This document shows, piece by piece, positions 21,510-30,647 of a stretch of 60,879 bases of DNA. The position numbers and the translations under genes are program-made. The notes beneath the pieces were generated by a model. The model did no database searches. It was not told the origin of the DNA and saw only the letters and a program-made list of their open reading frames with translations. The number at the start of each line of letters is the position of its first letter. Within the stretch, counting starts at the first letter, position 1. This DNA is from a virus (Duplodnaviria > Caudoviricetes): the IMG/VR virus record IMGVR_UViG_3300021378_000024, positions 1 to 60,879 of that record; one strand, given 5' to 3'.

Positions 21510-22154
21510 TCAACCCCTCGCCCGGATCTGGCCGTCGCGGTAGTCGTCGCGCTTGGCACGCACGTCGATGCCGACCAGCTGCCGCATCGCTTCCTCGTAC
21601 TGCTGCCGGTACTGCGCCATGACGTCCGTCTCGCCCTTGAGGTAGGTGTAGGCCTCCACCAGAGAACCGTAGAGCAGAACGGTTTCGGCGTTGTCCCCAA
21701 GCCACGACGTGCTCGCGTCCACGATCGACGGCGGGTCGTAGTAATACTGGATCTCCACACTGTATATGGCGTCCGGCGTCGGCCCCAGAAGGAAGTTGCC
21801 TGTGCTGGCCGACACATCGCCGTCGAGCTGCGCGTAGAACCTCGGCAGTCCCTCGGTGCCGCTGGGATAGGCCTCGCGGATAAAGCTGGGGTCCTTGTCG
21901 TAGAGGAAGTGGTAGTCCCCGTAGCCGTCGATGACGGCAAGGGAGAACACCGCCAGCATGTCTGCCGGGCGGGCCAGTGTGGCAGTGGACGCAGTTGTGG
22001 CCAGCGTAGCGACCTTGCGGAGCTCGGGGAGCATGACAGTGCGATACACCCGCTGCTCCGTCTGGCGAACGAAGCGCGGAATGTTGGCCACGAACGTCGG
22101 TTCGCGGCTTTCGGTGTAGTCCTGTATCAGCTCCACGAGCTCGGCGTAGTTCAT
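21510..22154 (-). CDS. Head-tail adaptor / tail tubular protein
   Basis: MNYAEL, LGPTPD and LLYGSLVEAY motifs. Confidence 0.7.
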   Translation of the reverse strand: MNYAELVELIQDYTESREPTFVANIPRFVRQTEQRVYRTVMLPELRKVATLATTASTATLARPADMLAVFSLAVIDGYGDYHFLYDKDPSFIREAYPSGTEGLPRFYAQLDGDVSASTGNFLLGPTPDAIYSVEIQYYYDPPSIVDASTSWLGDNAETVLLYGSLVEAYTYLKGETDVMAQYRQQYEEAMRQLVGIDVRAKRDDYRDGQIRARG

Positions 22155-22157
22155 GGC

Positions 22158-22367
22158 TTACATTGCCTTGTATTTGCCGCCGCGAGTGGCCGCGCCCATG
22201 CCGCGGCACATGCCGCCCTTGGCCATCTTCTTTGGTGCAACAGCGTCACCGCGCTCGGCTTCAGGTGTCAAGTCCACCGGGCGGGCCCGGGGGCGCAGCG
22301 ACGTGAGTGGGGCTGAGGTGGGACGCGCACGAGGACGAGTCCGCTTCTTCGTTGTCTCTTTGGCCAT
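22158..22367 (-). CDS. Small basic protein
   Basis: K/R-rich; MAKGG...RGMGAATRG. Confidence 0.7.
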   Translation of the reverse strand: MAKETTKKRTRPRARPTSAPLTSLRPRARPVDLTPEAERGDAVAPKKMAKGGMCRGMGAATRGGKYKAM

Positions 22368-22368
22368 G

Positions 22369-22689
22369 TCAGTCTCCTGTGGCGACGGTTACGGTGCCGA
22401 CGGCACCAGTGAGGTGAGTGAGCGGGTGGCCCACGGGGTTCCACCCGAAAAGGCCTGTAACCTGAGCTTGGTCTGTCTCCGGGCGCGGGTCCCGCAGAGA
22501 CCGCGGATCAACGATACGCAGTCGACCCAAGAAGTTCTGGGGGTGGTCCGGATCAGCGACGTCGCGCCCGACACGCAGGCCGGTGCGGCGGCCGTTCTTG
22601 TACTCATAGACAAGGTCGGAGAGCTTGTAGCGGAACCCCGTCCTGTCGCAGATGCCAAGCGCTTTGGTACCTTTTGCGTACTGGGACAT
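22369..22689 (-). CDS. Hypothetical structural-module protein
   Basis: CDRTGFRYKL..DHPQ motifs; tight gene packing. Confidence 0.7.
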   Translation of the reverse strand: MSQYAKGTKALGICDRTGFRYKLSDLVYEYKNGRRTGLRVGRDVADPDHPQNFLGRLRIVDPRSLRDPRPETDQAQVTGLFGWNPVGHPLTHLTGAVGTVTVATGD

Positions 22690-23363
22690 CAGAAGCCCCC
22701 CGGGTAGAACGGTGCGAAGAAGGTCGACGACTTATCGCGGTCCTCGTCAGCAGCCCGCTGGAACTGCTCCTCGTAAATCTGCTTGAGCACCAACGCACGG
22801 TTGGCCGCCTCGGGCCGCTTCGACGCGATCTCATATGCAAGCCCCGCGACAAGCGCCGGGATAAACCGGGGTGGGATCGCCGCGGAGCCACCGGCGCCAG
22901 AAGCCACACCGTCGATACCCCGCAACCGGTAAAAGAACAGCGTGTAGCTCTGGGCCGCGTCGGGCACCGGCCACAGCGTAGCGGTAACGCTAGACGCACC
23001 GCGCGTGACGTAAACCTGCGTCGGGCGCCCCTGCAGTGCCTTGTTGGTCTGCGTGGCGTAAGTGGAGACACTGATGCGCTCCAGCGCCGTGTCGAGCTGG
23101 GCCTGCCCAGTGCCGGTGCGCAGTTGGTGCTCAATGAGGTCGATCGTGTCGTCAGGCATGGTGTATTCGGCCTGACCTGCGACCAGCGGCGTGGTGCCCG
23201 ACGCAATCGTGAAGAGATTCAGGCCGCGGTTCTGCCATTCCAGCGCCAGCAGGTTGAGACTGCGCCGCGCTGTGCGCATGTCATAGCCCGAACGCATCTC
23301 GAGGCCGGCACGTTCATATGCCTCCTCGAAAAGTTCAGCGATGTCGGGTACGACGACGGCCAT
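22689..23363 (-). CDS. Head-tail adaptor / tail tubular protein
   Basis: EEAYERAG, ARRSLNL..EWQNRG and LWPVPD motifs. Confidence 0.7.
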   Translation of the reverse strand: MAVVVPDIAELFEEAYERAGLEMRSGYDMRTARRSLNLLALEWQNRGLNLFTIASGTTPLVAGQAEYTMPDDTIDLIEHQLRTGTGQAQLDTALERISVSTYATQTNKALQGRPTQVYVTRGASSVTATLWPVPDAAQSYTLFFYRLRGIDGVASGAGGSAAIPPRFIPALVAGLAYEIASKRPEAANRALVLKQIYEEQFQRAADEDRDKSSTFFAPFYPGGF

Positions 23364-23366
23364 GTG

Positions 23367-23660
23367 TTATACCATCCTGCCCTTGGTACGGCCCTTGATG
23401 CACTTGCCGTCGCCACGCCCAACCTTCCCGCCTTCTTTCATGCGGGTGACGCCGGTTGGCGCAGACGGTCCGCTGGGGCCACCGGCATCGCTCGCGCGGC
23501 GCTTCTTCGCCCGGTTGGCTAGGGCCAAGACTGGGGAGATGCCAAACTCTAGGATGCCTTCCGGCTTGCCTGACTTCAGGCTCTGGGCGATAGCCACGGC
23601 CGGGCTGAGCATACCGAGTATCTCTCCGCCACCCTTACGTTTCTGCACTGGCTTTTTCAT
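23367..23660 (-). CDS. Small basic protein
   Basis: GGKVGRGDGKCIKGRTKGRMV C-terminus. Confidence 0.65.
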   Translation of the reverse strand: MKKPVQKRKGGGEILGMLSPAVAIAQSLKSGKPEGILEFGISPVLALANRAKKRRASDAGGPSGPSAPTGVTRMKEGGKVGRGDGKCIKGRTKGRMV

Positions 23661-23785
23661 GCTCTACTCCTCGCCGTCTTCTTCGGTTGTGCCACAAATT
23701 GCTTGCCTTTGCGAGTCCCTTCTCGCTTGGCACGTGTTGTAGCGGCGTATTCGGCAGGGCTCAGCGCCTCTCGGGCCTTGGCCAT
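23657..23785 (-). CDS. Small basic protein (42 aa)
   Basis: Read manually: MAKAREALSPAEYAATTRAKREGTRKGKQFVAQPKK..; below ORF-track cutoff; stop overlaps next ATG. Confidence 0.55.
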   Translation of the reverse strand: MAKAREALSPAEYAATTRAKREGTRKGKQFVAQPKKTARSRA

Positions 23786-23788
23786 GGG

Positions 23789-23938
23789 TTACTTCTTTCC
23801 GGACTTCTTCATGCATTTGCCCATGGCGCGGCACTTGGTGGGGTTCGGGCAGGATGCACAGGGCTTGAACTTCGGTGCAGGCTTCTTCATCGTGTTGCCT
23901 TTCAGCTGGCGGCCCATCTGGGCGCGGGAGATGGTCAC
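23789..23938 (-). CDS. Small basic Cys-containing protein (49 aa)
   Basis: Read manually: GTG start, TISRAQMG..KFKPCASCPNPTKCRAMGKCMKK. Confidence 0.6.
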   Translation of the reverse strand: MTISRAQMGRQLKGNTMKKPAPKFKPCASCPNPTKCRAMGKCMKKSGKK

Positions 23939-24087
23939 TTCGTCCTCTTGGCGGGTTTGCGCTTACGCGCCACGCCCCGGAGCGTGCCTTTGTTCTCTGC
24001 GGCGTAGAATACACGTTCTCCGCGATCTTTGCCATACTGGCGTTTCATGGCGGCTTTGATCTTCTTACCTTTGGCTGTCAGGGGCAT
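23935..24087 (-). CDS. Small basic protein
   Basis: MPLTAKGKKIKAAMKRQYG..VFYA; ATG overlaps the upstream stop. Confidence 0.7.
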   Translation of the reverse strand: MPLTAKGKKIKAAMKRQYGKDRGERVFYAAENKGTLRGVARKRKPAKRTK

Positions 24088-24338
24088 CAGCAGTTCCACG
24101 CACGTAGTGACAGCGCTTTGCGCGTCGGTTTGCCTTTTTTGTCCTTCATCGGGCCGGGCATACCGCCCATGCGGGCACAGAAACTCTTGCGGCGTGCCGC
24201 GTCTTTTTTGGTCTTCGGGTTCGGTGCCGGGGGCTTCAGGTTCATACCCTGCTTCTTGGCCGAGGCCCGCCCCTTGGCGTTCAATCCGCCCTTGGGGTTC
24301 TTGCCTTCCTTGCGCTGCCACGCTGGCGATTTAGCCAT
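24087..24338 (-). CDS. Small basic conserved phage protein
   Basis: MAKSPAWQRKEGKNPKGGLN..RRKSFCARM..SLRAWNC. Confidence 0.75.
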   Translation of the reverse strand: MAKSPAWQRKEGKNPKGGLNAKGRASAKKQGMNLKPPAPNPKTKKDAARRKSFCARMGGMPGPMKDKKGKPTRKALSLRAWNC

Positions 24339-24579
24339 TGCACCCAGCCTCCAGAGCCGTCAGCAGTTTGTCCCCTTTGATGAGCGCATTGTCGTCGGGG
24401 GTGACGGCCAGCGCCCGGGCGAGGTCCTGCCGCAGCAGTGCGGTGCCATCGCAGATCGCTAGGCTACTTGAGCCCGGCCCGGTCACGCATCCGCTGACGA
24501 GCAGCATCGAGGTCAGTAGCAGCGTTGGCGGCTTGAGCCTCGCGCATCCGCTTGAAAGTCTCGGCGTATTCCTGTGCAT
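24331..24579 (-). CDS. o-spanin (Rz1-like lipoprotein); start uncertain
   Basis: Lipobox LVSGC; overlaps the i-spanin in a shifted frame. Confidence 0.6.
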   Translation of the reverse strand: MHRNTPRLSSGCARLKPPTLLLTSMLLVSGCVTGPGSSSLAICDGTALLRQDLARALAVTPDDNALIKGDKLLTALEAGCNG

Positions 24580-24697
24580 CGTCTGCCTCCTGTTCCTTGC
24601 GGGCATCCTTCTTTGCGTCGTACCGGAACCACACAGTCGCGAGGCTAACGATCGCGGCCAACGCGATACCGATGATGGTCTCAATCCGCTTCAGCAT
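24464..24697 (-). CDS. i-spanin (Rz-like)
   Basis: N-terminal TM helix plus coiled coil; lysis cassette. Confidence 0.65.
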   Translation of the reverse strand: MLKRIETIIGIALAAIVSLATVWFRYDAKKDARKEQEADDAQEYAETFKRMREAQAANAATDLDAARQRMRDRAGLK

Positions 24698-24894
24698 CAG
24701 GTCATCCCACCCTTTGCCTTGGCGGCGCGGCTGGCCAAGAACGTGCCGAAGTACCCAGCCAACGCAGTGCCGATCACCAAAACGTCGTCTATCTGGAACG
24801 AGACCGTCCCGGTGCTGGCGTCAAAGAGGACCAGCCCCTGACCGGCCAGAACGCCGAACGCGAGGTACAGCCCCATGCGGATATACAAGCTCAT
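24697..24894 (-). CDS. Putative holin
   Basis: 65 aa, two hydrophobic segments and a basic C-tail; between endolysin and spanins. Confidence 0.6.
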   Translation of the reverse strand: MSLYIRMGLYLAFGVLAGQGLVLFDASTGTVSFQIDDVLVIGTALAGYFGTFLASRAAKAKGGMT

Positions 24895-24896
24895 GT

Positions 24897-25454
24897 CTAC
24901 GCCTCCGTAGCCGATGTTGCGCCCTCGATGGTCTGGGGCAGGGGGATACTTGTCTTGGGCACACCAGCGGGCCAGCGGAACGCGGTAAACTCCGACCGCT
25001 TGAACGCCGCGATACTGACTTTGTCGTTCTGGTTGCCGCCCAGCAGAAAGACCTGCGTGGCGTTTGCGCCAACCACAAAGCCGACATGCCCCTGCCAGCC
25101 CTTGCCGCCGGCCCGCTTCTTGACTCCGATGCATCCGTAGAGGGGCTCAGGCAGGCCGACGCCGTATCCCTCGAACGACCGGGCCGCTAGGTTGACGCCG
25201 TCGCGCCGGCCAACGCCCGCAAGGTACAGGACCGCCCCGACGAAGGCAGCGCACCACGGCGTCTCGTCATCCTTGATGCCAGAGAACCCCGACAGGGCAA
25301 ACATCTCGACGATATCCGGGTTGTGCTTTGCACCCTTGACCTCGGAAACGCCCCGGTAGGCCTCTGCCACCGCCATCCATGGGAGCTTTGTGACAGGCTG
25401 AGCCTTGGGGCGGAACAGGGCGGCGAGCGTTCCAAAGACAGGTGCAGTGCTCAT
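24897..25454 (-). CDS. Endolysin, TIGR02594-like (NlpC/P60/CHAP-type peptidase)
   Basis: DDETPWCAAFV, ARSF, GHVGFV and LGGNQ motifs. Confidence 0.85.
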   Translation of the reverse strand: MSTAPVFGTLAALFRPKAQPVTKLPWMAVAEAYRGVSEVKGAKHNPDIVEMFALSGFSGIKDDETPWCAAFVGAVLYLAGVGRRDGVNLAARSFEGYGVGLPEPLYGCIGVKKRAGGKGWQGHVGFVVGANATQVFLLGGNQNDKVSIAAFKRSEFTAFRWPAGVPKTSIPLPQTIEGATSATEA

Positions 25455-25687
25455 TTGCCTCCGACCTTTGCGATCAGAGCCTTGATGTCGTCGCGGATCT
25501 CTTTCAGCATCTGGTTGGTATCCTCACGCGCCTGCTTCGACGCATCGAGATCCTCCTTGCGCTGGTTCCACAGACGTTTGATCTCCTTCGTGTTATCCAC
25601 GCTCCTGCCCTCCAGACGGACCAGCCACACGATCAGCGAGATGAACCCGAGGACAACGGGCCAAAAGTTAAGCAGAATCTCGGTCAC
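25451..25687 (-). CDS. Small membrane protein (TM + coiled coil), possibly lysis-related
   Basis: N-terminal TM and coiled-coil C-term; adjacent to the endolysin. Confidence 0.6.
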   Translation of the reverse strand: MTEILLNFWPVVLGFISLIVWLVRLEGRSVDNTKEIKRLWNQRKEDLDASKQAREDTNQMLKEIRDDIKALIAKVGGK

Positions 25688-25716
25688 GTCCTAAATCTCC
25701 TTCGGCGCTCGGATCG

Positions 25717-26232
25717 TTACAGCAATACGTTTGACGGCGATGATACCGTCAACGGGTCGATCAGCTCAATGCCGCCGTACGCCACACCTTCTTCGGCGTT
25801 GTTCGGGTTCACCGGCTGGCCGTTCTGGGTCCAAGCAATACCCCACTGCTTCCACGCACCACGCTCCACACCGGCAGGGCCGATCCAGAAGTTTGCATGG
25901 TAGCGGTTGTCCATGACCGGCGGTGTGATCTCGGTGCCGTCCTCGGCGTATGTACCGGGCGTCAGGACCAGTGGACCGATCTCAGTGATGGTAACGCCGG
26001 GTGCAGGGATAAGCGGCCCAGAGGCTGGCACAGCGGGTGTCACCACGTTGCCCTCTTCGTCCAGCACCTCGTCCTGTGCGGGGTTGGTGTAGACCTTGAG
26101 TTTTACCGCGAGTGCCTGCGCGTCAAAGGTGGCCTGATCGGTAGCCCTGACCATGCAGGCCAGTACACCGCCGTTCAGCGCAGCGTAGACGCGGACGCCA
26201 TCAACTTCGAGGTGTTCCGGTTGTTCAGTCAT
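25717..26232 (-). CDS. Hypothetical protein associated with the fibre genes
   Basis: 171-aa ORF coupled to the upstream fibre gene. Confidence 0.65.
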   Translation of the reverse strand: MTEQPEHLEVDGVRVYAALNGGVLACMVRATDQATFDAQALAVKLKVYTNPAQDEVLDEEGNVVTPAVPASGPLIPAPGVTITEIGPLVLTPGTYAEDGTEITPPVMDNRYHANFWIGPAGVERGAWKQWGIAWTQNGQPVNPNNAEEGVAYGGIELIDPLTVSSPSNVLL

Positions 26233-27902
26233 GTTGTCAACTCCTGTAGTTGGGCGTTAGAGAGGCGGCGAGGGTAGTACTGGATGGACTTGATGTGGCC
26301 GTTGAGATAATTGTTTGCAAAGTTGCTTTGCGTGCCAATAGCAAGATGGTTTGCGGCTGCTGGCATGTCACCAGACGTATCTGTTTGAGTAGCCGCACCA
26401 GAAAGACTTGCCGCAAAACTATCTTTTTTAATAGCCACGGCGACTGTCTCGACTACATTCTCACTGATTGATCCAGACCAACCTGTCAAAGCAACGCCAG
26501 ACCCAGATTTGATTACTGCAACAGTTGTTGTGTTTGTTGGGTTGATTAAGAACCTTGTTAAGTCGGTTCCAGAAGTGTTCGAAAGGGCAAAAACTCTTGG
26601 GTAATCAGCCCCAGCAGACCCGTTACTATCAAACTCCACCACCACAGTCCCAGCCTTCTGGTTATACCCGAAGTCAGTCACAGGGATGGATGCAATGTCT
26701 GCGGCCCGTGTGACCGTGGAGCCAGACGTGGGGATGTAAGACGTCGGGAAGGAGCCAGCTTCGACTTGTGCGCCCCAAAAGTATACATCCTCATTTCCGT
26801 CTGGGTAAGGATCAAAGCTAATTTGGGAGCTGGAGCGGTTCGAAAAATTTATAAAATGATTGTTGACTGGATCAGACGCGGCACACGTGTAGGATATTGA
26901 GAACCTGTACCACCCACTTCCTTCGTCAGTCACTAGCGCCGTGTGATCCGCGTCGGCAGTTACTTCTAGCGTGTTTAGGTTTAGAAATGAGGCGCCTTGT
27001 GACTGGTCAGCGTAAAGGACTAAATAAACGTCTCTAGGCCCCTCAAGGTTGCTCGTTGCCACAATAGGCTTCACGTATACACTAAACGAAACCACGTCAC
27101 CGATAGTGGAGTTCACACCGGTATACAGCCTAAAAGTTTTAGCTGCGCCTCCGGGGTCTGGCTCAAAGATAGGGTTAAATCTTGTAGCCGTAAGCGCCCC
27201 GTCTGGCGCTGTCGCAAAGTTATAGGTGAAGGCGTCACCGTTTGTCTTAAGCCAACTCGCATCAGTGAAGTCCTGCGAATACGTCAGCAAATTCGTCCGC
27301 GCTTCTTCGATCAACAGACCCTTCACTGCACCGGCGGCATCATACTCAATGCGTGGGATTTCAGCAGGATGGTTGAACAACACAAGCGGGTCAGTAGCCC
27401 GGTCGAAGATGACTTCCTTGACGGAGATGTTGTCGAACTCTGCGTAACCACCTACATTATTATACGCCAAAAGCGTAATCCGTATAGAGTTTGTTGTGGC
27501 AGCATAAGTGATTGTTTTAGTTGTATTGGCATGACCTGAAATCACATCCTGCCGTGTTCCACCACTAGCGCTCCATGTAAAACCGCCTTTGTTGGCAATA
27601 ACAAATGAAGACGCTAAATTGGAAGAAAGAGCAGTTGCTGTAATTTCATAAAAAGCCCCAATCTCTGTTGGAAACTCCTGATACAATGATTGGGTAATGT
27701 AAGAAGAGTTTGTAACGGTTACGATGCCACTAGAGACTGACGCCGTTGCGTCTGCACCAAGCGTCCACCCACTAATATCAGTATCAAACGTCCCATTCGT
27801 CACCAACTCATCGCCATACCCAACCCTGCGAAGGGCAGTCCCCCTGCTTGTACGGGAGAACGTAATCAGGTCCAAAGCGTTGTCGAAGTTCTTGGTGCCC
27901 AT
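26229..27902 (-). CDS. Fibre/spike protein with carbohydrate-binding and LamG-like domains
   Basis: ELVTNGTF, FDNISVKE, GLLIEEARTNL, WGAQVEAGSFPTSYIPT and YYPRRLSNAQL motifs. Confidence 0.7.
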   Translation of the reverse strand: MGTKNFDNALDLITFSRTSRGTALRRVGYGDELVTNGTFDTDISGWTLGADATASVSSGIVTVTNSSYITQSLYQEFPTEIGAFYEITATALSSNLASSFVIANKGGFTWSASGGTRQDVISGHANTTKTITYAATTNSIRITLLAYNNVGGYAEFDNISVKEVIFDRATDPLVLFNHPAEIPRIEYDAAGAVKGLLIEEARTNLLTYSQDFTDASWLKTNGDAFTYNFATAPDGALTATRFNPIFEPDPGGAAKTFRLYTGVNSTIGDVVSFSVYVKPIVATSNLEGPRDVYLVLYADQSQGASFLNLNTLEVTADADHTALVTDEGSGWYRFSISYTCAASDPVNNHFINFSNRSSSQISFDPYPDGNEDVYFWGAQVEAGSFPTSYIPTSGSTVTRAADIASIPVTDFGYNQKAGTVVVEFDSNGSAGADYPRVFALSNTSGTDLTRFLINPTNTTTVAVIKSGSGVALTGWSGSISENVVETVAVAIKKDSFAASLSGAATQTDTSGDMPAAANHLAIGTQSNFANNYLNGHIKSIQYYPRRLSNAQLQELTT

Positions 27903-30205
27903 TATTCGCTCCAATCGCTGACGGTAAAGCTGCCTTCTGAACCGTCAAAGGTCAGGGACAGGCTAGGCTCAAGGCTAGGAGCAGTGGCAGTGACAAGCCC
28001 CGCGTCACCTAAGTCATCAGCCCAGATGCGGACCTGCCCGATGTTGCCCATGTAGGTAGACGCAATGCTCAAGTCAGTTGCTGACAGGTCAGGCAGTGCA
28101 GTGGGGGTTGTGTTGGCTGTGAGTGCCGTTCCGTCCACCGCGCCGTTGATGAAGGTAGAGCCGTGGCGTGATGCGATGTTGAATGGGACGTTGATGCCGG
28201 GGGAGTAGGAGCCGGGGGAAGGCTGCACCACTTGGTCACCTACACCAGAAGATGCCTGCCTAAACTCAACCGCACCTGTGCGCGCTGACCCCGTGTTGAG
28301 CCATGTATAAATTCTGTTTTGGTCATCAACACGCCAAGTGCCAAAGATAACCTCTTGTCCCGAGAACGTTTTCGCATAAGTCATCGTGCCATCCATCTGG
28401 ATGCTCACGGCGAGGGGGTTGATCTCGCGGACGGAGATGTTGTCGTATTCAGAGGTAAAGTTTGCTTGGTAAAACGTAACCCATGTTGTGGTAGAAGTCG
28501 CAACAAATCTTTTTGTTGTATTAGAGGAAGCGCCGCCACTGAAAATAGAAAAGCTGGCTACGGATGTTCCAATTCGCAACAAAGAGTTGCTAGTATTTCC
28601 AGACACAAAGTCGAAGTTTAACTCATATACCTTGCCAGCTTCTGTTGGGAAGCTTTGAGCGATATAGTCTCCGCCAGTGAGGTTCTTAGCTGTGCCAGAA
28701 GATATCTCTGCGGTGCCGTTCAGCGTCCAATCGCCATTGTCACCAAGTTCGAAATCCCCATTCGTCACCAACTCCTCGCCAATGACCACAGGCGAAGGCC
28801 ACGGCAGGTTAGCCGATGCGGCTGTCAGCGTATCCGCAGCGCGGGTGACTGTAGAGCCAGACGTGGGGATGTAGCTGGAGGGTGTGGAGCCTGCTTCTAG
28901 CTGGGGGGCCATAAAATACAGAGTGTCACCAACCGAAGCAGCTAAAGGTATAACGTACCCAACATGATTGGTTGCCGGACATACGGCTGTAACACTCGCC
29001 CGCACCCAGCCACTAGGATACACCTCTATGGTCGATGCAACAGCAGTAAAAGAGCCACTTTTGAGTGCAGCCGAAGTGATCGTTCCGGCCCCCATGTCAA
29101 CATCAGCGTATACGCCTGTGCCTGTCGATCCTGCCCCTATCTGAATCCTTGCGCCAGAAATTGTGCCAGACTTCAACCAGACCGAAAATGTTTTTGTACC
29201 CGCGTCAGAAAGAGTAACGCCGTAGGAATACACGGTGCCACCACCCGTCTTTGTAAGCAAACCCATTTGGTCAAAATCAGAACGGTCAGCGCCTTCTGCA
29301 ACAACAGTGCAGCCGGCTTCTCCGATAGTATAGTTCGACAAACTTTGTGATTGGGTCTCAAGATTCACCCGCGCAGGTGTCTCACTCTCGTGCAGATACC
29401 CCTCGTTGACCCAAGCGGACCCGTTCCACACATGGTTTCCACGCCGGGGCAAATACCGGGCGGCTGATGTCGTCGGGACGTAGCTGTCGCCTCGGTCTGG
29501 GTTGTCCACCATGCCGCCAAGGTCGGAGCGGTAGACGCGAGGTGCATATAAGTGTAACGTCCCTACATCGCTGCCTGAAATTCCGCGGGAGTCTGCAAAA
29601 AAGACTGCTCTACTAGTAGCAGTTGGTATTACTGTCCACCTAACAATCTTCCAACCGTCATCGTTATAATCTTCAACAGAAACTGAGTATCCCGGGGCTT
29701 CTGACACAACAGTATTTGTTTCAAGGTCCACTACATTGTAAAGATTGGACCCTGTTATATTGCCTCCCACTGTAATAGTAGAGGCAGTGCCTGCCTTTAA
29801 GATAGATACACAAGTATGTGGAACCCCCACAGTGAACAATGCAATACCTTCTTGTACTAGGCTGCTATTTGATGTGACCGCGTTGTTTCCTCCGTCTGGG
29901 TCTGGATACCCAGTTGTAAAGGTCCCTGAAAACCCAACAAAAGTAGTACTGTCTGGCACCAAGTTATGCGGTGCCCACTTCAGCAGCCCATCGCTGTCCA
30001 CCATCGTGGCATTGCCAGAACGGGCATGGGTCACAGCATCGTCAAACGTAGAGACAGAGCCGCCAGTGCGGTAGTAGTCGCCCGTGAAGTCAGCGACGAA
30101 GTCAGGGCTGAACCCTGCGACCGCATAGGCGTCAATGACGGCGACGCTGCCCATCAGCTCGTGCCAACGGGACAGGCCGGACCGGATGCCAAACGGGCTG
30201 CGCAT
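27902..30205 (-). CDS. Fibre/spike protein, paralog of the adjacent gene
   Basis: QLEAGSTPSSYIPTSGSTVTRAAD, ELVTNGDF and YDNISVRE motifs. Confidence 0.7.
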   Translation of the reverse strand: MRSPFGIRSGLSRWHELMGSVAVIDAYAVAGFSPDFVADFTGDYYRTGGSVSTFDDAVTHARSGNATMVDSDGLLKWAPHNLVPDSTTFVGFSGTFTTGYPDPDGGNNAVTSNSSLVQEGIALFTVGVPHTCVSILKAGTASTITVGGNITGSNLYNVVDLETNTVVSEAPGYSVSVEDYNDDGWKIVRWTVIPTATSRAVFFADSRGISGSDVGTLHLYAPRVYRSDLGGMVDNPDRGDSYVPTTSAARYLPRRGNHVWNGSAWVNEGYLHESETPARVNLETQSQSLSNYTIGEAGCTVVAEGADRSDFDQMGLLTKTGGGTVYSYGVTLSDAGTKTFSVWLKSGTISGARIQIGAGSTGTGVYADVDMGAGTITSAALKSGSFTAVASTIEVYPSGWVRASVTAVCPATNHVGYVIPLAASVGDTLYFMAPQLEAGSTPSSYIPTSGSTVTRAADTLTAASANLPWPSPVVIGEELVTNGDFELGDNGDWTLNGTAEISSGTAKNLTGGDYIAQSFPTEAGKVYELNFDFVSGNTSNSLLRIGTSVASFSIFSGGASSNTTKRFVATSTTTWVTFYQANFTSEYDNISVREINPLAVSIQMDGTMTYAKTFSGQEVIFGTWRVDDQNRIYTWLNTGSARTGAVEFRQASSGVGDQVVQPSPGSYSPGINVPFNIASRHGSTFINGAVDGTALTANTTPTALPDLSATDLSIASTYMGNIGQVRIWADDLGDAGLVTATAPSLEPSLSLTFDGSEGSFTVSDWSE

Positions 30206-30510
30206 CAGGCGTGGTCCACCGTAACCAGCGCCTTGCGGCCGTTCAGAGGTGTGGCGAAGACGCGATCGGCGCCCGACTCGGACGACAGGCTCGCGACCGC
30301 GATCCGGATCTCACCGTAGTTGTTCTCGCCGTCCGGCGTCGAGTGATACTCGTAGCCGCCGTCCGACAGCGCCGACGGAGCAGAGCCCGTCGTGCAACGC
30401 ACCTTGATGGCACCCGTGCGGACCTGAAACGTGATGCTTGTCGCGTCGCTGTTGGTCAGCTCCGTCCACACGCCGGGTGGGCACGTGATGGTTTCCTGAT
30501 TGCGGGCCAT
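30205..30510 (-). CDS. Hypothetical structural protein
   Basis: 101-aa ORF in the operon. Confidence 0.65.
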   Translation of the reverse strand: MARNQETITCPPGVWTELTNSDATSITFQVRTGAIKVRCTTGSAPSALSDGGYEYHSTPDGENNYGEIRIAVASLSSESGADRVFATPLNGRKALVTVDHA

Positions 30511-30513
30511 GGC

Positions 30514-30639
30514 TTAGTCCTTCTTGCGCTTGCGCTTGGGCTTGGGGGCCTCCTGCGCCTCCTCGGCGGCAGGCTCCTCCGCCACGGGCGTTATGCCGCG
30601 GCGTGCCAGCTCTTCCTCACTGGGCGGTTTCCATTTCAT
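30514..30639 (-). CDS. Small protein (41 aa)
   Basis: Read manually: MKWKPPSEEELARRGITP..KPKRKRKKD; SD GAGGTG upstream. Confidence 0.55.
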   Translation of the reverse strand: MKWKPPSEEELARRGITPVAEEPAAEEAQEAPKPKRKRKKD

Positions 30640-30647
30640 AGCTCACC

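Noticed and set aside
26229-30205. Diversity-generating retroelement or invertase shufflon acting on the fibres
   Set aside because: No reverse transcriptase or recombinase, no adenine-specific TR/VR pair, and the anchors are direct rather than inverted repeats
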